Shown in pieces: positions 50,036-64,000 of a stretch of DNA of 64,000 nucleotides. The translations under genes and the position numbers were made by a program. Below the pieces are notes generated by a model, which was not told the origin of the DNA, made no database searches, and worked only from the letters and a program-made list of their open reading frames with translations. The DNA is from Eledone cirrhosa (lineage: Eukaryota): NCBI GenBank assembly GCA_964016885.1, contig OZ024761.1, forward strand, positions 8,928,001 through 8,992,000. The letters are read 5' to 3'. Numbering within the stretch: position 1 is the first letter of the stretch; each line of letters opens with the position of its first letter.

Positions 50036-50252
50036 TATATAATTCTCTACATATAACTCTCTATATATAATTCTCTACATGTAATTCTCTACATATAACT
50101 CTCTATATATAATTCTCTACATATAACTCTCTATATATAATTCTCTACATGTAATTCTCTACATATAACTCTCTATATATAATTCTCTACATATAACTCT
50201 CTATATATAATTCTCTACATGTAATTCTCTACATATAACTCTCTATATATAA
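50036..50252. repeat. 14-bp-based minisatellite
   Basis: Alternating AATTCTCTACATAT / AACTCTCTATATAT / AATTCTCTACATGT units. Confidence 0.9.
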
Positions 50253-50886
50253 GGTTGAAAGCTCTATTTTATAGTAACCGACTGTATTTACAGTTATTTT
50301 TCTGTACCTGACCAAACAACATTTTCTATGCACTTCAATCCCTTTCAGTGCTTCGTAAGGTCAAAAGTTTGAGTTTCACATACAATGTTTGTTTATATAT
50401 TATTTTTGAAATATTTATTTTTTTTTTTCTTTTGGTATTGATTTCTGAAACCCTCATGAGATATTTTCATCCATTAAAACTGTTTGGCATTTGTCTGTTG
50501 TCTGAGAGAGAAGGGTTGAAAAACATGCAAACATTTGGTTGATTCTTCCCTTTTCTCATATATATTTTTTGAGCAATGGCTTGGCTAAGATGAAGGAATC
50601 TTTAGTTAAATATTCTTCATCTAGAAGCTAAACCATTTCAAGAAGATCTTTGTTAATAACATTTTATTTTTATTTTCTTGATATCTATATTTGTTTGTTT
50701 GTTACAAATTGAACTATATATATATATATACGTTTAAATTTGGTGGTTTACCACTGGGTAGAATTGGTAATTCTGCAATGCTAATCATGATGTAATATGA
50801 GAAAAGAACTCAACGTTATGCAACTCATCCATCTTCAATGTTGAATCATGTTGGTGGTGTGGGAACGGAGTTCACTTTATAATATG

Positions 50887-50926
<40 letters not shown>

Positions 50927-51353
50927 TACACACATATATGTACACACACACACGCACACACATATATAATGGCAACTTCTTTTTCCGTCTTTAAGAGTCT
51001 TCTCCCTGCACTTGGGCACATCACTCTTTATATTAGATGATGATGATGATGATGATGATATATATGCATTCAAACTATTTCATATTTAATGAGCAGCCAG
51101 ACTATGGAAAATATTTTCCTATCGTCTCGTTAACTATAATTTATATATATATATAAAATGAAAAAAAAATGGAGTTAAAAACTCACTTTAATATGGAATC
51201 GACACTTTTTATGGCGAACCATTTTCTTATTAGAGTTTTCCAGGTATTTTATAGTTATAAAAGGTTGGCACATCTCCTTTGAAATTCTACACACCATCAC
51301 AAATTTTATGGAATTTATCGAAATTGCACTTACGCAAAGGCATACACACACAA

Positions 51354-51410
<57 letters not shown>

Positions 51411-52798
51411 AACACACATATATGAGCTTTAATAATTATATACAGAAATATATATTAAAAAATTATTTACTAAACAATATACACAGCAAAAATGTCAATC
51501 AATAGAATTTTTTTTCTCTTTTCACTGGAGAAAGAACTCAATACCTGCTGCTAATTATTAACAGCAAGGTGGTGGATTGGCAGCATCGGTAGAGGGTCAG
51601 ACGACATGCTTTGACGCATAGAGTTACGGCCCTTTCCATTCTGAGTTCAAATCCTGCCGAGGTTAACTTTGCCTTTCATCCTTACGGGGTCGATAAAATA
51701 AAGTTCCAGTAATGCACTGGGGTAATTGCTGGCCTTGTGCCTAACGTAGAAACAATTATTAACAGCAGGTATGTTGTCTTGCCTGAAAAATTATGTGAGA
51801 GGGGGGGGGAACTCCAGCATCCTTTATTGTGATGTGTCACTGAGTGTGCAGGTTTTCTCTCAGTTTTTTCTCTTTTTACCTATTTTTTTAAAACTTTTTT
51901 TATATTAATATATATATTTTATTTTTTAAGCAATTATTCAAATAATTGGGTGATAATTAAAAAAAAAAAGAAATTAAGCTTTTCTTTCACAAACTTACAA
52001 CATATAAAAAATACAGGTATATCTCAGCCTACATTGTTAATGTGTTCTAGAAGTTAAGACCCAAGTCGAAAAATGACAAATATCAAATTAAATACCCCCC
52101 CCCCCCCTATAAACATCTAATAGACATTCCCGATAATACTTTATGATGTATATTTTAGCATTCATTTAAATGTGATTTTACATGTTTTAATATTTTTGGC
52201 AGACCGACATAAAGTTGAGACATTTGACATAACACAGGGTTTATTTTTGGCATATAATATAACTAACCTTTAGGACACTGATTTTTGTTTTTATGAATTG
52301 CTTTCCTTGACACTGCAATATTATTAAGGAGGGATTACTCTCTTGTGGCAATTTGTTACTGTCGGCATGCTGAAGGTTAAGAAAAAAATCCCAACGTAAA
52401 CCCAAGAGGTTTATTTTTTACATATAGTGTTAACTATAACTTCGAAAAACATGAGGGTTATTTTTGATGTATAGTATTAAAAAAAAAAAAAATTCAATGT
52501 AACTTAAAAAATGACGAAACTGGAAACAACGTAAGTGGAAGTATACTTGTATAGTGTGTGTATATATCTCATGGAGACCTGGTCCTGATCACTTGTAGAA
52601 ATAGATTCAGTAGAGAGTTATTCATTTGTATATGTTTGCATTTATTTTTTGGGTCCTTTTCTATAATTTGTTACTCAAATCAGCTTTATAACATCTTTCT
52701 TAGAATAAAAACTGGCAAATTTAAAAAAAGAAAAGAAAATTACGCATGATCTTATAGATAAAATTATTGATGTTAGGTGATATATGTATGAATGTATG

Positions 52799-52851
<53 letters not shown>

Positions 52852-53210
52852 ATATATGTATATATATATATATATGTGTGTATATATGTATGTATATATA
52901 TACATATATATATACACACACATATATATATTTATATGTATACATATACATATACACACACACATATATATATATATATATATGTGTGTGTGATTCATGG
53001 CTGAGGATAAAGAAAACTCAATGCTGAAGTAGAGTTTTAATATTCATTTTATTAAGGCAAAATAGTGAGTCTTGTTACTCTGGAGTTTTGCCTGTGTAAC
53101 ACAGGGTCATCTAACAAGTTTCTTTAGTCAGTGAAAGCTTCAATTGTTATTATTTATAGTGATTTCTGTGTTTGAATTCCAATATTTCATATTTAGCTTC
53201 CCGATAAATC

Positions 53211-53259
<49 letters not shown>

Positions 53260-53286
53260 TACATACATACATACATATATATACAT

Positions 53287-53337
<51 letters not shown>

Positions 53338-53373
53338 CGAAACATAAGTCAATTGCATGAACTCATAATCCTT

Positions 53374-53462
<89 letters not shown>

Positions 53463-54842
53463 AAATGTGAAATACAGGGATAAAAGACAATTAGTTGTAC
53501 TAGTTATTATATTGAATTGTTGTCTTATTTGCTGGGGTTTTTTGTTGTCATTGTTGTTTCTGTTAATCTAATGACTCTATAATGTTTGTTACCTAACCCA
53601 TAGCTATCTCTTATATGTTCTAATATAAAAATTCGAAACATCATCTGGCAGCTAATCTAGAGGGAAGCGGGAAGCGGGAAGCACACAGGAAGATAGTGCA
53701 TCACGTATTTTATATATAAACCTTTTTGATCTATTGTATTTGGAAAGCAGCAACAACTACTACTAAAAAAAAAAAAATGTTTTTATTATTTTTAAAAATT
53801 AAAAGACAACAATCAACAACGTGTAAGTTTATATATTAATCAAATAATTAATTTAATTAATTAATTAATTTTTATACATATTTATTTATTTATAAATTTT
53901 AAAATGACTCAAGAAACCTTAAAATCCGTTCCCAGTTTTGTGATACTCTACTTTATTAGTAATGTTAAATGTTTCTAGTTTTGGCACAAGGACTACAATT
54001 ACCCCCAGTACATTACTGGTACTTTATTTTATCGACCCTGTAAGAATGAAAGGCAAAGTTAACCGCAGTGGGATTTGAACTCAGAACGTAAAGGGGATAA
54101 CTCTATACTACCAAACATGGTGTCTGACACTCTACCGGTTCTGCTAAACCACTGCCCTAGTAATAATAATAATTATTATTATTGGTAATAATAATAATTA
54201 TAATTATACTGGCTTTAGGCCAAATATAGAAACCATTATTATTATTTATGGGTTGGATTGGCAATAATTGGTAGAGCACTGGGCAACAACATGCTTTATG
54301 GCATTGAGTTATGGCTCTTTACATTCTGAGTTCAAATTGCGCCGAGGTTAGCTTTGCCTTTCATCCTTACAGTGTCAATAAAATAAAGTACCAGTAATAC
54401 ACTGGGGGCGATTTAATCAACTTTCCCCTCCCCTCCAAATTGCTGGCCTTGTGCCTGTATAAGAAACTATTATTACTACTACTACTACTACTATTGTGTG
54501 GGCGGTGGATTGGCAGTATCGGTAGAGGGTCGGACGCCATGCTTTGTAGCATTGAGTTACGTCCCTTTACGGTCTGGGGTCAAATCCCGCCAAGGTTAAC
54601 TCTGCCTTTCATCCTTTCGGGGTCGATAAAATAAAACACCAGTAATGTACTGGGGTTGATTTAATCGACTTTCCCCTCCCCCCCAAAAAATTGCTGGCCT
54701 TGTGCTTATATAAGAAACCATTATTACCAATGCTACTATTGTTGTTGTTGTTGTTGTTGCTGATACTTCAAAGGTAGCTCTGATTTCATATAATTATTTT
54801 ATATATTATTATTTTTTTTGCTATTTTTAAAGGAATCTTTTA

Positions 54843-54873
<31 letters not shown>

Positions 54874-55119
54874 TGTATGTATACACATATATATATATAT
54901 ATAATGATGTTAAATTATGTGATATGAAATATGTTTTGCCGCCCAACTTCCTCCTATGTTGTTGTTTACGAAATAAAATAAATGAAAAAAAACAAAACAA
55001 ATACATATATATAAAATGAAAATTAAAAAAAAATAATTTTGTTTTTGTTGTTGATTTTTAAAATTTATTTTTTATGTAATCTTAGCTGTCCCAAATAATA
55101 AGGGGTTGGATATGACAAC

Positions 55120-55960
55120 AGCAGGTTGTTTTCCATCACCTGATTGAGATCAGAGATCAGGAATCAGTTTCCAGAGCCCATAGTTAGGTAACATATCTTT
55201 ATAACAAGATTAACCCTTTAGCATTAAAACTCCAACTCTTATTCCAACCCGACCCTCATCCCTTGCTTATTAAATTTTGCTAATCTATCTTGGTGTAATT
55301 TTAACCCTTTAGCATTTAAACCAGCCATATCTGGCCAAAGTTCTCTCACCTGTTTCTGTAACCAGCTTTTCATACCAATGTTAAGGTATTGTTTTCAAAA
55401 TAAATAATATTAAAATCTCTTAGATTCGATATTATGTGAGGTAAAGCCTTTACTGTGAAAATACAATAGTAAATATAGAGTAATGTGAATGCTAAAGGGT
55501 TAAATACTCAAGTAGATCTTTTTTTTCTTGAGTATGAGTTGATCCCAGGTTGTTATTGTTCACCTGATCAGAGATCAGTGACCAGGGATCAATTCCCATA
55601 GTCCATCGCTTGGTAACATACCTTTATAACAAGATTAAATACTCAAGTAGATTTTCTTGTTTATGAATTGATCTCAGGTTGTTGCTGTTCACCTGATCAG
55701 AGATCAGTGACCAGGGATCAATTCCTAGAGTCCATCGCTTGGTAACATATCTTTATAACAAGATTAAATACTCAAGTAGATTTTCTTGTGTATGAATTGA
55801 TCTCAGGTTGTTGCTGTTCACCTGATCAGAGATCAGTGACCAGAGATCGGAGATCAAAAGTAGATCTTTTTCTTATTTATGATCTGCTATCTCAGGTTGT
55901 TCTTGTTCACCTGATCAAAATCAGAGCTCAGATTTCAGGGTTTACCACAAGGAGTTTGAC
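55120..55960. repeat. ~130-bp tandem repeat in inverse orientation to 48421-49043, interrupted by TTAA MITEs
   Basis: GATCTCAGGTTGTTGCTGTTCACCTGATCAGAGATCAGTGACCAGGGATCAATT units. Confidence 0.8.
55305..55499. mobile_element. Unexpanded 195-bp TTAA-flanked MITE
   Basis: TTAA|CCCTTTAGCATT ... AATGCTAAAGGG|TTAA with a single copy of the segment that is arrayed elsewhere. Confidence 0.88.
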
Positions 55961-56544
55961 AAACAGACATCTTTAACCATCATCAACCCAAATTCAGGCC
56001 TCCACTTCCACCAGGCACTAACCTTTCTTGGAGGGAGTGGGTGCACCCTGAATTAGCTACACTCAGGTGTTATCTGATTCAGTGCAGCCACACACCACTA
56101 GGGTCTGTAGCCAGCAGCAACTTGCCGGTGGTATACCTCACCAGAGCATATACTGAAGGAGTACCTGGATCTCTGCTCATCTGGGAATATGGACCTTACA
56201 CACCCTAATTTCTCTACCTTGAACTGGTTACAATGCCTGGGGGATGTCACATCAACACCACTACACACACCACAAATACTAACCAATATGACTCCACCAC
56301 CACCACCACTATCAGTTTACAGAATATATACAGAGGGAGTGCCCAGATCTCTGCCCACCTGAGAATATGCCCCTCCATCACCCTAATCTGCCCTCCTGAG
56401 AATATGTCCCTTACACACCCTAATTTCATTACCTTGATCTAGCTACATCACCTGGGGTCGAACTGATTCACATTCCCCTCCCCACAAAAATTGATGGACT
56501 TGTGCTTAATGTAGAAATCATTATTATTTTTTTTTATAAACATA

Positions 56545-59500
56545 AAATAAATCTCTGCCTCTCCCCTGATACTAAATATATAATTGTTTCTAATTTAGAC
56601 ACAAGGCCAGGAAATAAGGGGTAGGGGAAAGTCTATTAACCCTTTAACATTTACATTACTCTATATTTACTATTGTATTTTCATGGTAAAGGGTTTACTT
56701 CACATAATATAGAATCTATGGGATTTTGATATTATATATTTTAAGAGCAATACCTTAACATAAGTATGAGTGGCCAGTTATGGCCAGTTTAAATGCTGAA
56801 GTCTTAAATCGACCTCAGTGTGTCACTGGTATTTAAACCTTAAAATCTCTGCTTCTCCACTCATACTAAATATATGATTGTTTCCTAATTTAGACACAAA
56901 GCCAGCAAAAATTGTATAAGAGCAATGAATTGACAGAATCAGTAGAGCATCAGACAATATCATTTGTGGTATATAGTTATGGTTGTTTCTGCATTCTGAG
57001 TTCAAATCCCGCCATGGTCAACTTTACCTTTCATCCTTACGGAAGGTCGATAAAATAAAGTACCAGTAACGCACTGGGGGTTGATTTAATAGACTTTCCC
57101 CTCACACACCCTAATTTCATTACCTTGAGCTAGTTACAGCACCTGGGGTCGAGCTGATTGACTGTCCCCTCCCCACAAAAATTGCTGGACTTGAGCTTAT
57201 AGGAGGTCATTTTTTTTTTATCTCAACATGAAATAAACCTTAAAATCTCTCCTCTTTCCTCATACTAAATATATAACTGTTTCCAATTTAGACACAAGGC
57301 CAGAAAATAGGGGCCGGGAAACTCGATTAAATCGACCCCAGTGTGTTACTAGTACTTAAACCTTAAAATCTCTGCTTCATCCTTAATACAAAAAATATAT
57401 TATTTTTTTTATTTTTTTATTTTGCTTCAAGCAAACTTAATATATAATTGTTTCTAATTTAGACACAAGGCCAGGAAATAGGGAGAGGGGAAAGTCTATT
57501 AACCTTTTAACATTTACATTACTCTATATTTACTATTGTAAATGGCAAAGGGTTTACTTAACATAATATAGAATTTATAGGATTTTGATATTATATATTT
57601 TAAGAACAATACCTTAACATAAGTATGAGTGGCCAGTTTAAATGCTGAAGTGTTAAATCAACCTCAGTGCATTACTGGTAATTAAGCCTTTGGCATTTAA
57701 ACCGGCCATATCCGCTTAGAATTCTTTCACCTCTATCAGTTCAAACCAGCTGTAACCAGCCACTCATACTGATGTTAAGGTGTTGTTCTCAAAATAAATA
57801 ATGTTAAAATCTCATAGATTTGATATTATGTGAAGTAAAGCTTTTACCACAAAAATATAATAGTATATATAGTGTAATGTAAATGTTAAAGGGTTAAACC
57901 TTAAAATTTCTGCTTCTTCACTGATACTAAATTTATAACTGTTTCTAATTTCAACACAAAGCCAGCAAATAAGAGGAGGGGAAAGTTTGATTTCCAAGTG
58001 TCTAACACACGTGGGCATGCCCACAAAGTCAGAAAATAGCACAGTTCCCATGACTTTCGGAAACATTTTTTCACGCTCAGAGTTGCTGAAGCATGGAACA
58101 AACTACCTGCATCGGTTGTTAGCTGTCGAGACACTGCTTCTTTTAAGGCCTCCATGCTTCCCAAGATTCGCCAACACTACACCTAATGTTCTCCATACAC
58201 ATACACACATGTATATCATGACTCATACATTATTCAATTCCCTGACATTTGTATATTATTCTATGTACTATACATGCACCTTTGATGAGTTGTAGTGCAC
58301 CTGAGCACTTTACACAATAATTTCATTGTTTTTATTATTATTATTATTATTAAATCGATCCCAGCGTGTTACTGGTATTTAAACCTTAACATTTTTGCCT
58401 CTTCACTCATACTAAATATATAACTGTTTCTAATTTAGACACAAGGCCAGGAAATAGGGGAAGGGGAAAGTCTATTAACCCTTTAACATTTACATTACTC
58501 TATATTTACTATTGTATTTTCATGGCAAAGGGTTTACTTCACATAATATAGAATCTATGGGATTTTGATATTATTTATTTTAAGAGCAATACCTTAACAT
58601 AAGTATGAGTGGCCAGTTTAAATTGTGAAGTGTTAAATCGACCTCAGTGCGTCACTGGTATGTAAACCTTAAAATCTCTGCTTCTCCACTCATACTAAAT
58701 ATATAACTGTTTCTAATTTAGACACAAAGCCAGCAAATAAGATGAGGGGAAATTTGATTAACCCTTTAACATTTACATTACTCTATATTTACTATTGTAA
58801 ATGGCAAAGGGTTTACTTCACATAATATAGAATCTATGGGATTTTGATATTATTTATTTTAAGAACAATACCTCAACATAAGTATGAGTGGCCAGTTATG
58901 GCCAGTTTAAATGCTGAAGTGTTAAATCAATATAAGTGCATCACTGGTAATTAACCCTTTAGAATTTAAACCAGCCATATCCGGCCAGAATTCTTTCACC
59001 TCTATCTGTTCAAACCAGCTGTAACCAGCCACTCATACTGATGTTAAGGTGTTGTTCTCAAAATAAATAATATTAAAATCTCATAGATTTGATATTATGT
59101 GAGGTAAAGATTTTACCACAAAAATATAATAGTATATATAGTGTAATGTAAATGTTAAAGGGTTAAACCTTAACATTTCTGTTTCTTCACTGATACTAAA
59201 TATATAATTGTTTCTAATTTCAACACAAAGCCAGCAAATAAGAGGAGGGAAAGTTGATTAAATCGACCCCAGTGTGTTACTGGTATTTAAATCTTAAAAT
59301 CTCTGCCTCTTCCCTGATACTAAATATAACTGTTTCTAATTTAGACACAAGGCCAGGAAATAGGGGAAGGGGAAAGTCTATTAACCCTTTAACATTTACA
59401 TTACTCTATATTTACTATTGTATTTTCATGGCAAAGGGTTTACTTCACACAATATAGAATCTATGGGATTTTGATATTATTTATTTTGAGAACAATACCT

Positions 59501-62500
59501 TAACATAAGTATGAGTGGCCAGTTATGGCCAATTTAAATGCTGAAGTCTTAAATCAACCTCAGTGTGTCACTGGTATTTAAACCTTAAAATCTCTGCTTC
59601 TCCACTCATACTAAATATATGATTGTTTCCTAATTTAGACACAAAGCCAGCAAAATTGTATAAGAGCAATGAATTGACAGAATCAGTAGAGCATCAGACA
59701 ATATAATTTGTGGTATATAGTTATGGTTCTTTCTACATTCTGAGTTCAAATCCCGCCATGGTCAACTTTACCTTTCATCCTTACGGAAGGTCGATAAAAT
59801 AAAGACCCAGTAACGCACTGGGGGTTGATTTAATAGACTTTCCCCTCACACACCCTAATTTCATTACCTTGAGCTAGTTACAGCACCTGGGGTCGAGCTG
59901 ATTGACTGTCCCCTCCCCACAAAAATTGCTGGACTTGAGCTTATAGGAGGTCATTTTTTTTTTATCTCAACATGAAATAAACCTTAAAATCTCTGCCTCT
60001 TTCCTCATACTAAATATATAACTGTTTCCAATTTAGACACAAGGCCAGAAAATAGGGGCCGGGAAACTCGATTAAATCGACCCCAGTGTGTTACTAGTAC
60101 TTAAACCTTAAAATCTCTGCTTCATCCTTAATACAAAAAATATATTATTTTTTTTATTTTTTTATTTTGCTTCAAGCAAACTTCAATATATAATTGTTTC
60201 TAATTTAGACACAAGGCCAGGAAATAGGGAGAGGGGAAAGTCTATTAACCTTTTAACATTTACATTACTCTATATTTACTATTGTAAATGGCAAAGGGTT
60301 TACTTAACATAATATAGGATTTTGATATTATATATTTTAAGAACAATACCTTAACATAAGTATGAGTGGCCAGTTTAAATGCTGAAGTGTTAAATCAACC
60401 TCAGTGCATTACTGGTAATTAAGCCTTTGGCATTTAAACCGGCCATATCCGCTTAGAATTTTTTCACCTCTATCAGTTCAAACCAGCTGTAACCAGCCAC
60501 TCATACTGATGTTAAGGTGTTGTTCTCAAAATAAATAATGTTAAAATCTCATAGATTTGATATTATGTGAAGTAAAGCTTTTACCACAAAAATATAATAG
60601 TATATATAGTGTAATGTAAATGTTAAAGGGTTAAACCTTAAAATTTCTGCTTCTTCACTGATACTAAATTTATAACTGTTTCTAATTTCAACACAAAGCC
60701 AGCAAATAAGAGGAGGGGAAAGTTTGATTTCCAAGTGTCTAACACACGTGGGCATGCCCACAAAGTCAGAAAATAGCACAGTTCCCATGACTTTCGGAAA
60801 CATTTTTTCACGCTCAGAGTTGCTGAAGCATGGAACAAACTACCTGCATCGGTTGTTAGCTGTCGAGACACTGCTTCTTTTAAGGCCTCCATGCTTCCCA
60901 AGATTCGCCAACACTACACCTAATGTTCTCCATACACATACACACATGTATATCATGACTCATACATTATTCAATTCCCTGACATTTGTATATTATCCTA
61001 TGTACTATACATGCACCTTTGATGAGTTGTAGTGCACCTGAGCACTTTACACAATAATTTCATTGTTTTTATTATTATTATTATTATTAAACCGATCCCA
61101 GCGTGTTACTGGTATTTAAACCTTAAAATTTTTGCCTCTTCACTCATACTAAATATATAACTGTTTCTAATTTAGACACAAGGCCAGGAAATAGGGGAAG
61201 GGGAAAGTCTATTAACCCTTTAACATTTACATTACTCTATATTTACTATTGTATTTTCATGGCAAAGGGTTTACTTCACATAATATAGAATCTATGGGAT
61301 TTTGATATTATTTATTTTAAGAGCAATACCTTAACATAAGTATGAGTGGCCAGTTTAAATTGTGAAGTGTTAAATCGACCTCAGTGCGTCACTGGTATGT
61401 AAACCTTAAAATCTCTGCTTCTCCACTCATACTAAATATATAACTGTTTCTAATTTAGACACAAAGCCAGCAAATAAGATGAGGGGAAATTTGATTAACC
61501 CTTTAACATTTACATTACTCTATATTTACTATTGTAAATGGCAAAGGGTTTACTTCACATAATATAGAATCTATGGGATTTTGATATTATTTATTTTAAG
61601 AACAATACCTCAACATAAGTATGAGTGGCCAGTTATGGCCAGTTTAAATGCTGAAGTGTTAAATCAATATAAGTGCATCACTGGTAATTAACCCTTTAGA
61701 ATTTAAACCAGCCATATCCGGCCAGAATTCTTTCACCTCTATCTGTTCAAACCAGCTGTAACCAGCCACTCATACTGATGTTAAGGTGTTGTTCTCAAAA
61801 TAAATAATATTAAAATCTCATAGATTTGATATTATGTGAGGTAAAGATTTTACCACAAAAATATAATAGTATATATAGTGTAATGTAAATGTTAAAGGGT
61901 TAAACCTTAACATTTCTGTTTCTTCACTGATACTAAATATATAATTGTTTCTAATTTCAACACAAAGCCAGCAAATAAGAGGAGGGAAAGTTGATTAAAT
62001 CGACCCCAGTGTGTTACTGGTATTTAAATCTTAAAATCTCTGCCTCTTCCCTGATACTAAATATAACTGTTTCTAATTTAGACACAAGGCCAGGAAATAG
62101 GGGAAGGGGAAAGTCTATTAACCCTTTAACATTTACATTACTCTATATTTACTATTGTATTTTCATGGCAAAGGGTTTACTTCACACAATATAGAATCTA
62201 TGGGATTTTGATATTATTTATTTTGAGAACAATACCTTAACATAAGTATGAGTGGCCAGTTATGGCCAATTTAAATGCTGAAGTCTTAAATCAACCTCAG
62301 TGTGTCACTGGTATTTAAACCTTAAAATCTCTGCTTCTCCACTCATACTAAATATATGATTGTTTCCTAATTTAGACACAAAGCCAGCAAAATTGTATAA
62401 GAGCAATGAATTGACAGAATCAGTAGAGCATCAGACAATATAATTTGTGGTATATAGTTATGGTTCTTTCTACATTCTGAGTTCAAATCCCGCCATGGTC

Positions 62501-64000
62501 AACTTTACCTTTCATCCTTACGGAAGGTCGATAAAATAAAGTACCAGTAACGCACTGGGGGTTGATTTAATAGACTTTCCCCTCACACACCCTAATTTCA
62601 TTACCTTGAGCTAGTTACAGCACCTGGGGTCGAGCTGATTGACTGTCCCCTCCCCACAAAAATTGCTGGACTTGAGCTTATAGGAGGTCATTTTTTTTTT
62701 ATCTCAACATGAAATAAACCTTAAAATCTCTGCCTCTTTCCTCATACTAAATATATAACTGTTTCCAATTTAGACACAAGGCCAGAAAATAGGGGCCGGG
62801 AAACTCGATTAAATCGACCCCAGTGTGTTACTAGTACTTAAACCTTAAAATCTCTGCTTCATCCTTAATACAAAAAATATATTATTTTTTTTATTTTTTT
62901 ATTTTGCTTCAAGCAAACTTCAATATATAATTGTTTCTAATTTAGACACAAGGCCAGGAAATAGGGAGAGGGGAAAGTCTATTAACCTTTTAACATTTAC
63001 ATTACTCTATATTTACTATTGTAAATGGCAAAGGGTTTACTTAACATAATATAGGATTTTGATATTATATATTTTAAGAACAATACCTTAACATAAGTAT
63101 GAGTGGCCAGTTTAAATGCTGAAGTGTTAAATCAACCTCAGTGCATTACTGGTAATTAAGCCTTTGGCATTTAAACCGGCCATATCCGCTTAGAATTTTT
63201 TCACCTCTATCAGTTCAAACCAGCTGTAACCAGCCACTCATACTGATGTTAAGGTGTTGTTCTCAAAATAAATAATGTTAAAATCTCATAGATTTGATAT
63301 TATGTGAAGTAAAGCTTTTACCACAAAAATATAATAGTATATATAGTGTAATGTAAATGTTAAAGGGTTAAACCTTAAAATTTCTGCTTCTTCACTGATA
63401 CTAAATTTATAACTGTTTCTAATTTCAACACAAAGCCAGCAAATAAGAGGAGGGGAAAGTTTGATTTCCAAGTGTCTAACACACGTGGGCATGCCCACAA
63501 AGTCAGAAAATAGCACAGTTCCCATGACTTTCGGAAACATTTTTTCACGCTCAGAGTTGCTGAAGCATGGAACAAACTACCTGCATCGGTTGTTAGCTGT
63601 CGAGACACTGCTTCTTTTAAGGCCTCCATGCTTCCCAAGATTCGCCAACACTACACCTAATGTTCTCCATACACATACACACATGTATATCATGACTCAT
63701 ACATTATTCAATTCCCTGACATTTGTATATTATCCTATGTACTATACATGCACCTTTGATGAGTTGTAGTGCACCTGAGCACTTTACACAATAATTTCAT
63801 TGTTTTTATTATTATTATTATTATTAAACCGATCCCAGCGTGTTACTGGTATTTAAACCTTAAAATTTTTGCCTCTTCACTCATACTAAATATATAACTG
63901 TTTCTAATTTAGACACAAGGCCAGGAAATAGGGGAAGGGGAAAGTCTATTAACCCTTTAACATTTACATTACTCTATATTTACTATTGTATTTTCATGGC
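56545..64000. repeat. ~2.74-kb composite macrosatellite (>=2.7 units, runs off the right edge)
   Basis: Identical ORFs recur at 57812/60549/63286 and 57987/60724/63461 (period 2737). The unit contains MITE pieces, a SINE-B and a CR1 3' end. Confidence 0.95.

Overview
Eukaryotic, AT- and microsatellite-rich genomic DNA. The repeat landscape (tRNA-SINEs with RTE tails, CR1 3' ends, many (TA)n/(ATG)n tracts) suggests an octopus/coleoid cephalopod, which is an inference. The only host gene is the 3' half of pyruvate carboxylase (PC) on the + strand: 11 GT-AG exons, 14422-43579, about 646 aa in one continuous frame, covering the carboxyltransferase and biotin-carrier (AMKM) domains. The rest is repeats: a >=13.9 kb 47-bp satellite with higher-order duplications, many minisatellites, a DD37D (maT) and a DD34D (Hsmar2-like) Tc1/mariner, hAT and TTAA-type MITEs, RTE/CR1 LINE fragments, SINEs and a 2.74-kb composite macrosatellite. 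The most notable hidden signal is a dense set of type I hammerhead ribozyme motifs (CUGAUGA-stem II-GAAA-stem III-UH). They belong to several unrelated sequence families, lie mostly on the PC sense strand next to (TA)n tracts, and are often duplicated as foldback palindromes. This looks like non-autonomous Penelope-like/retrozyme-type elements colonising the introns and downstream region. Structures were folded by eye; nothing was computed or searched.
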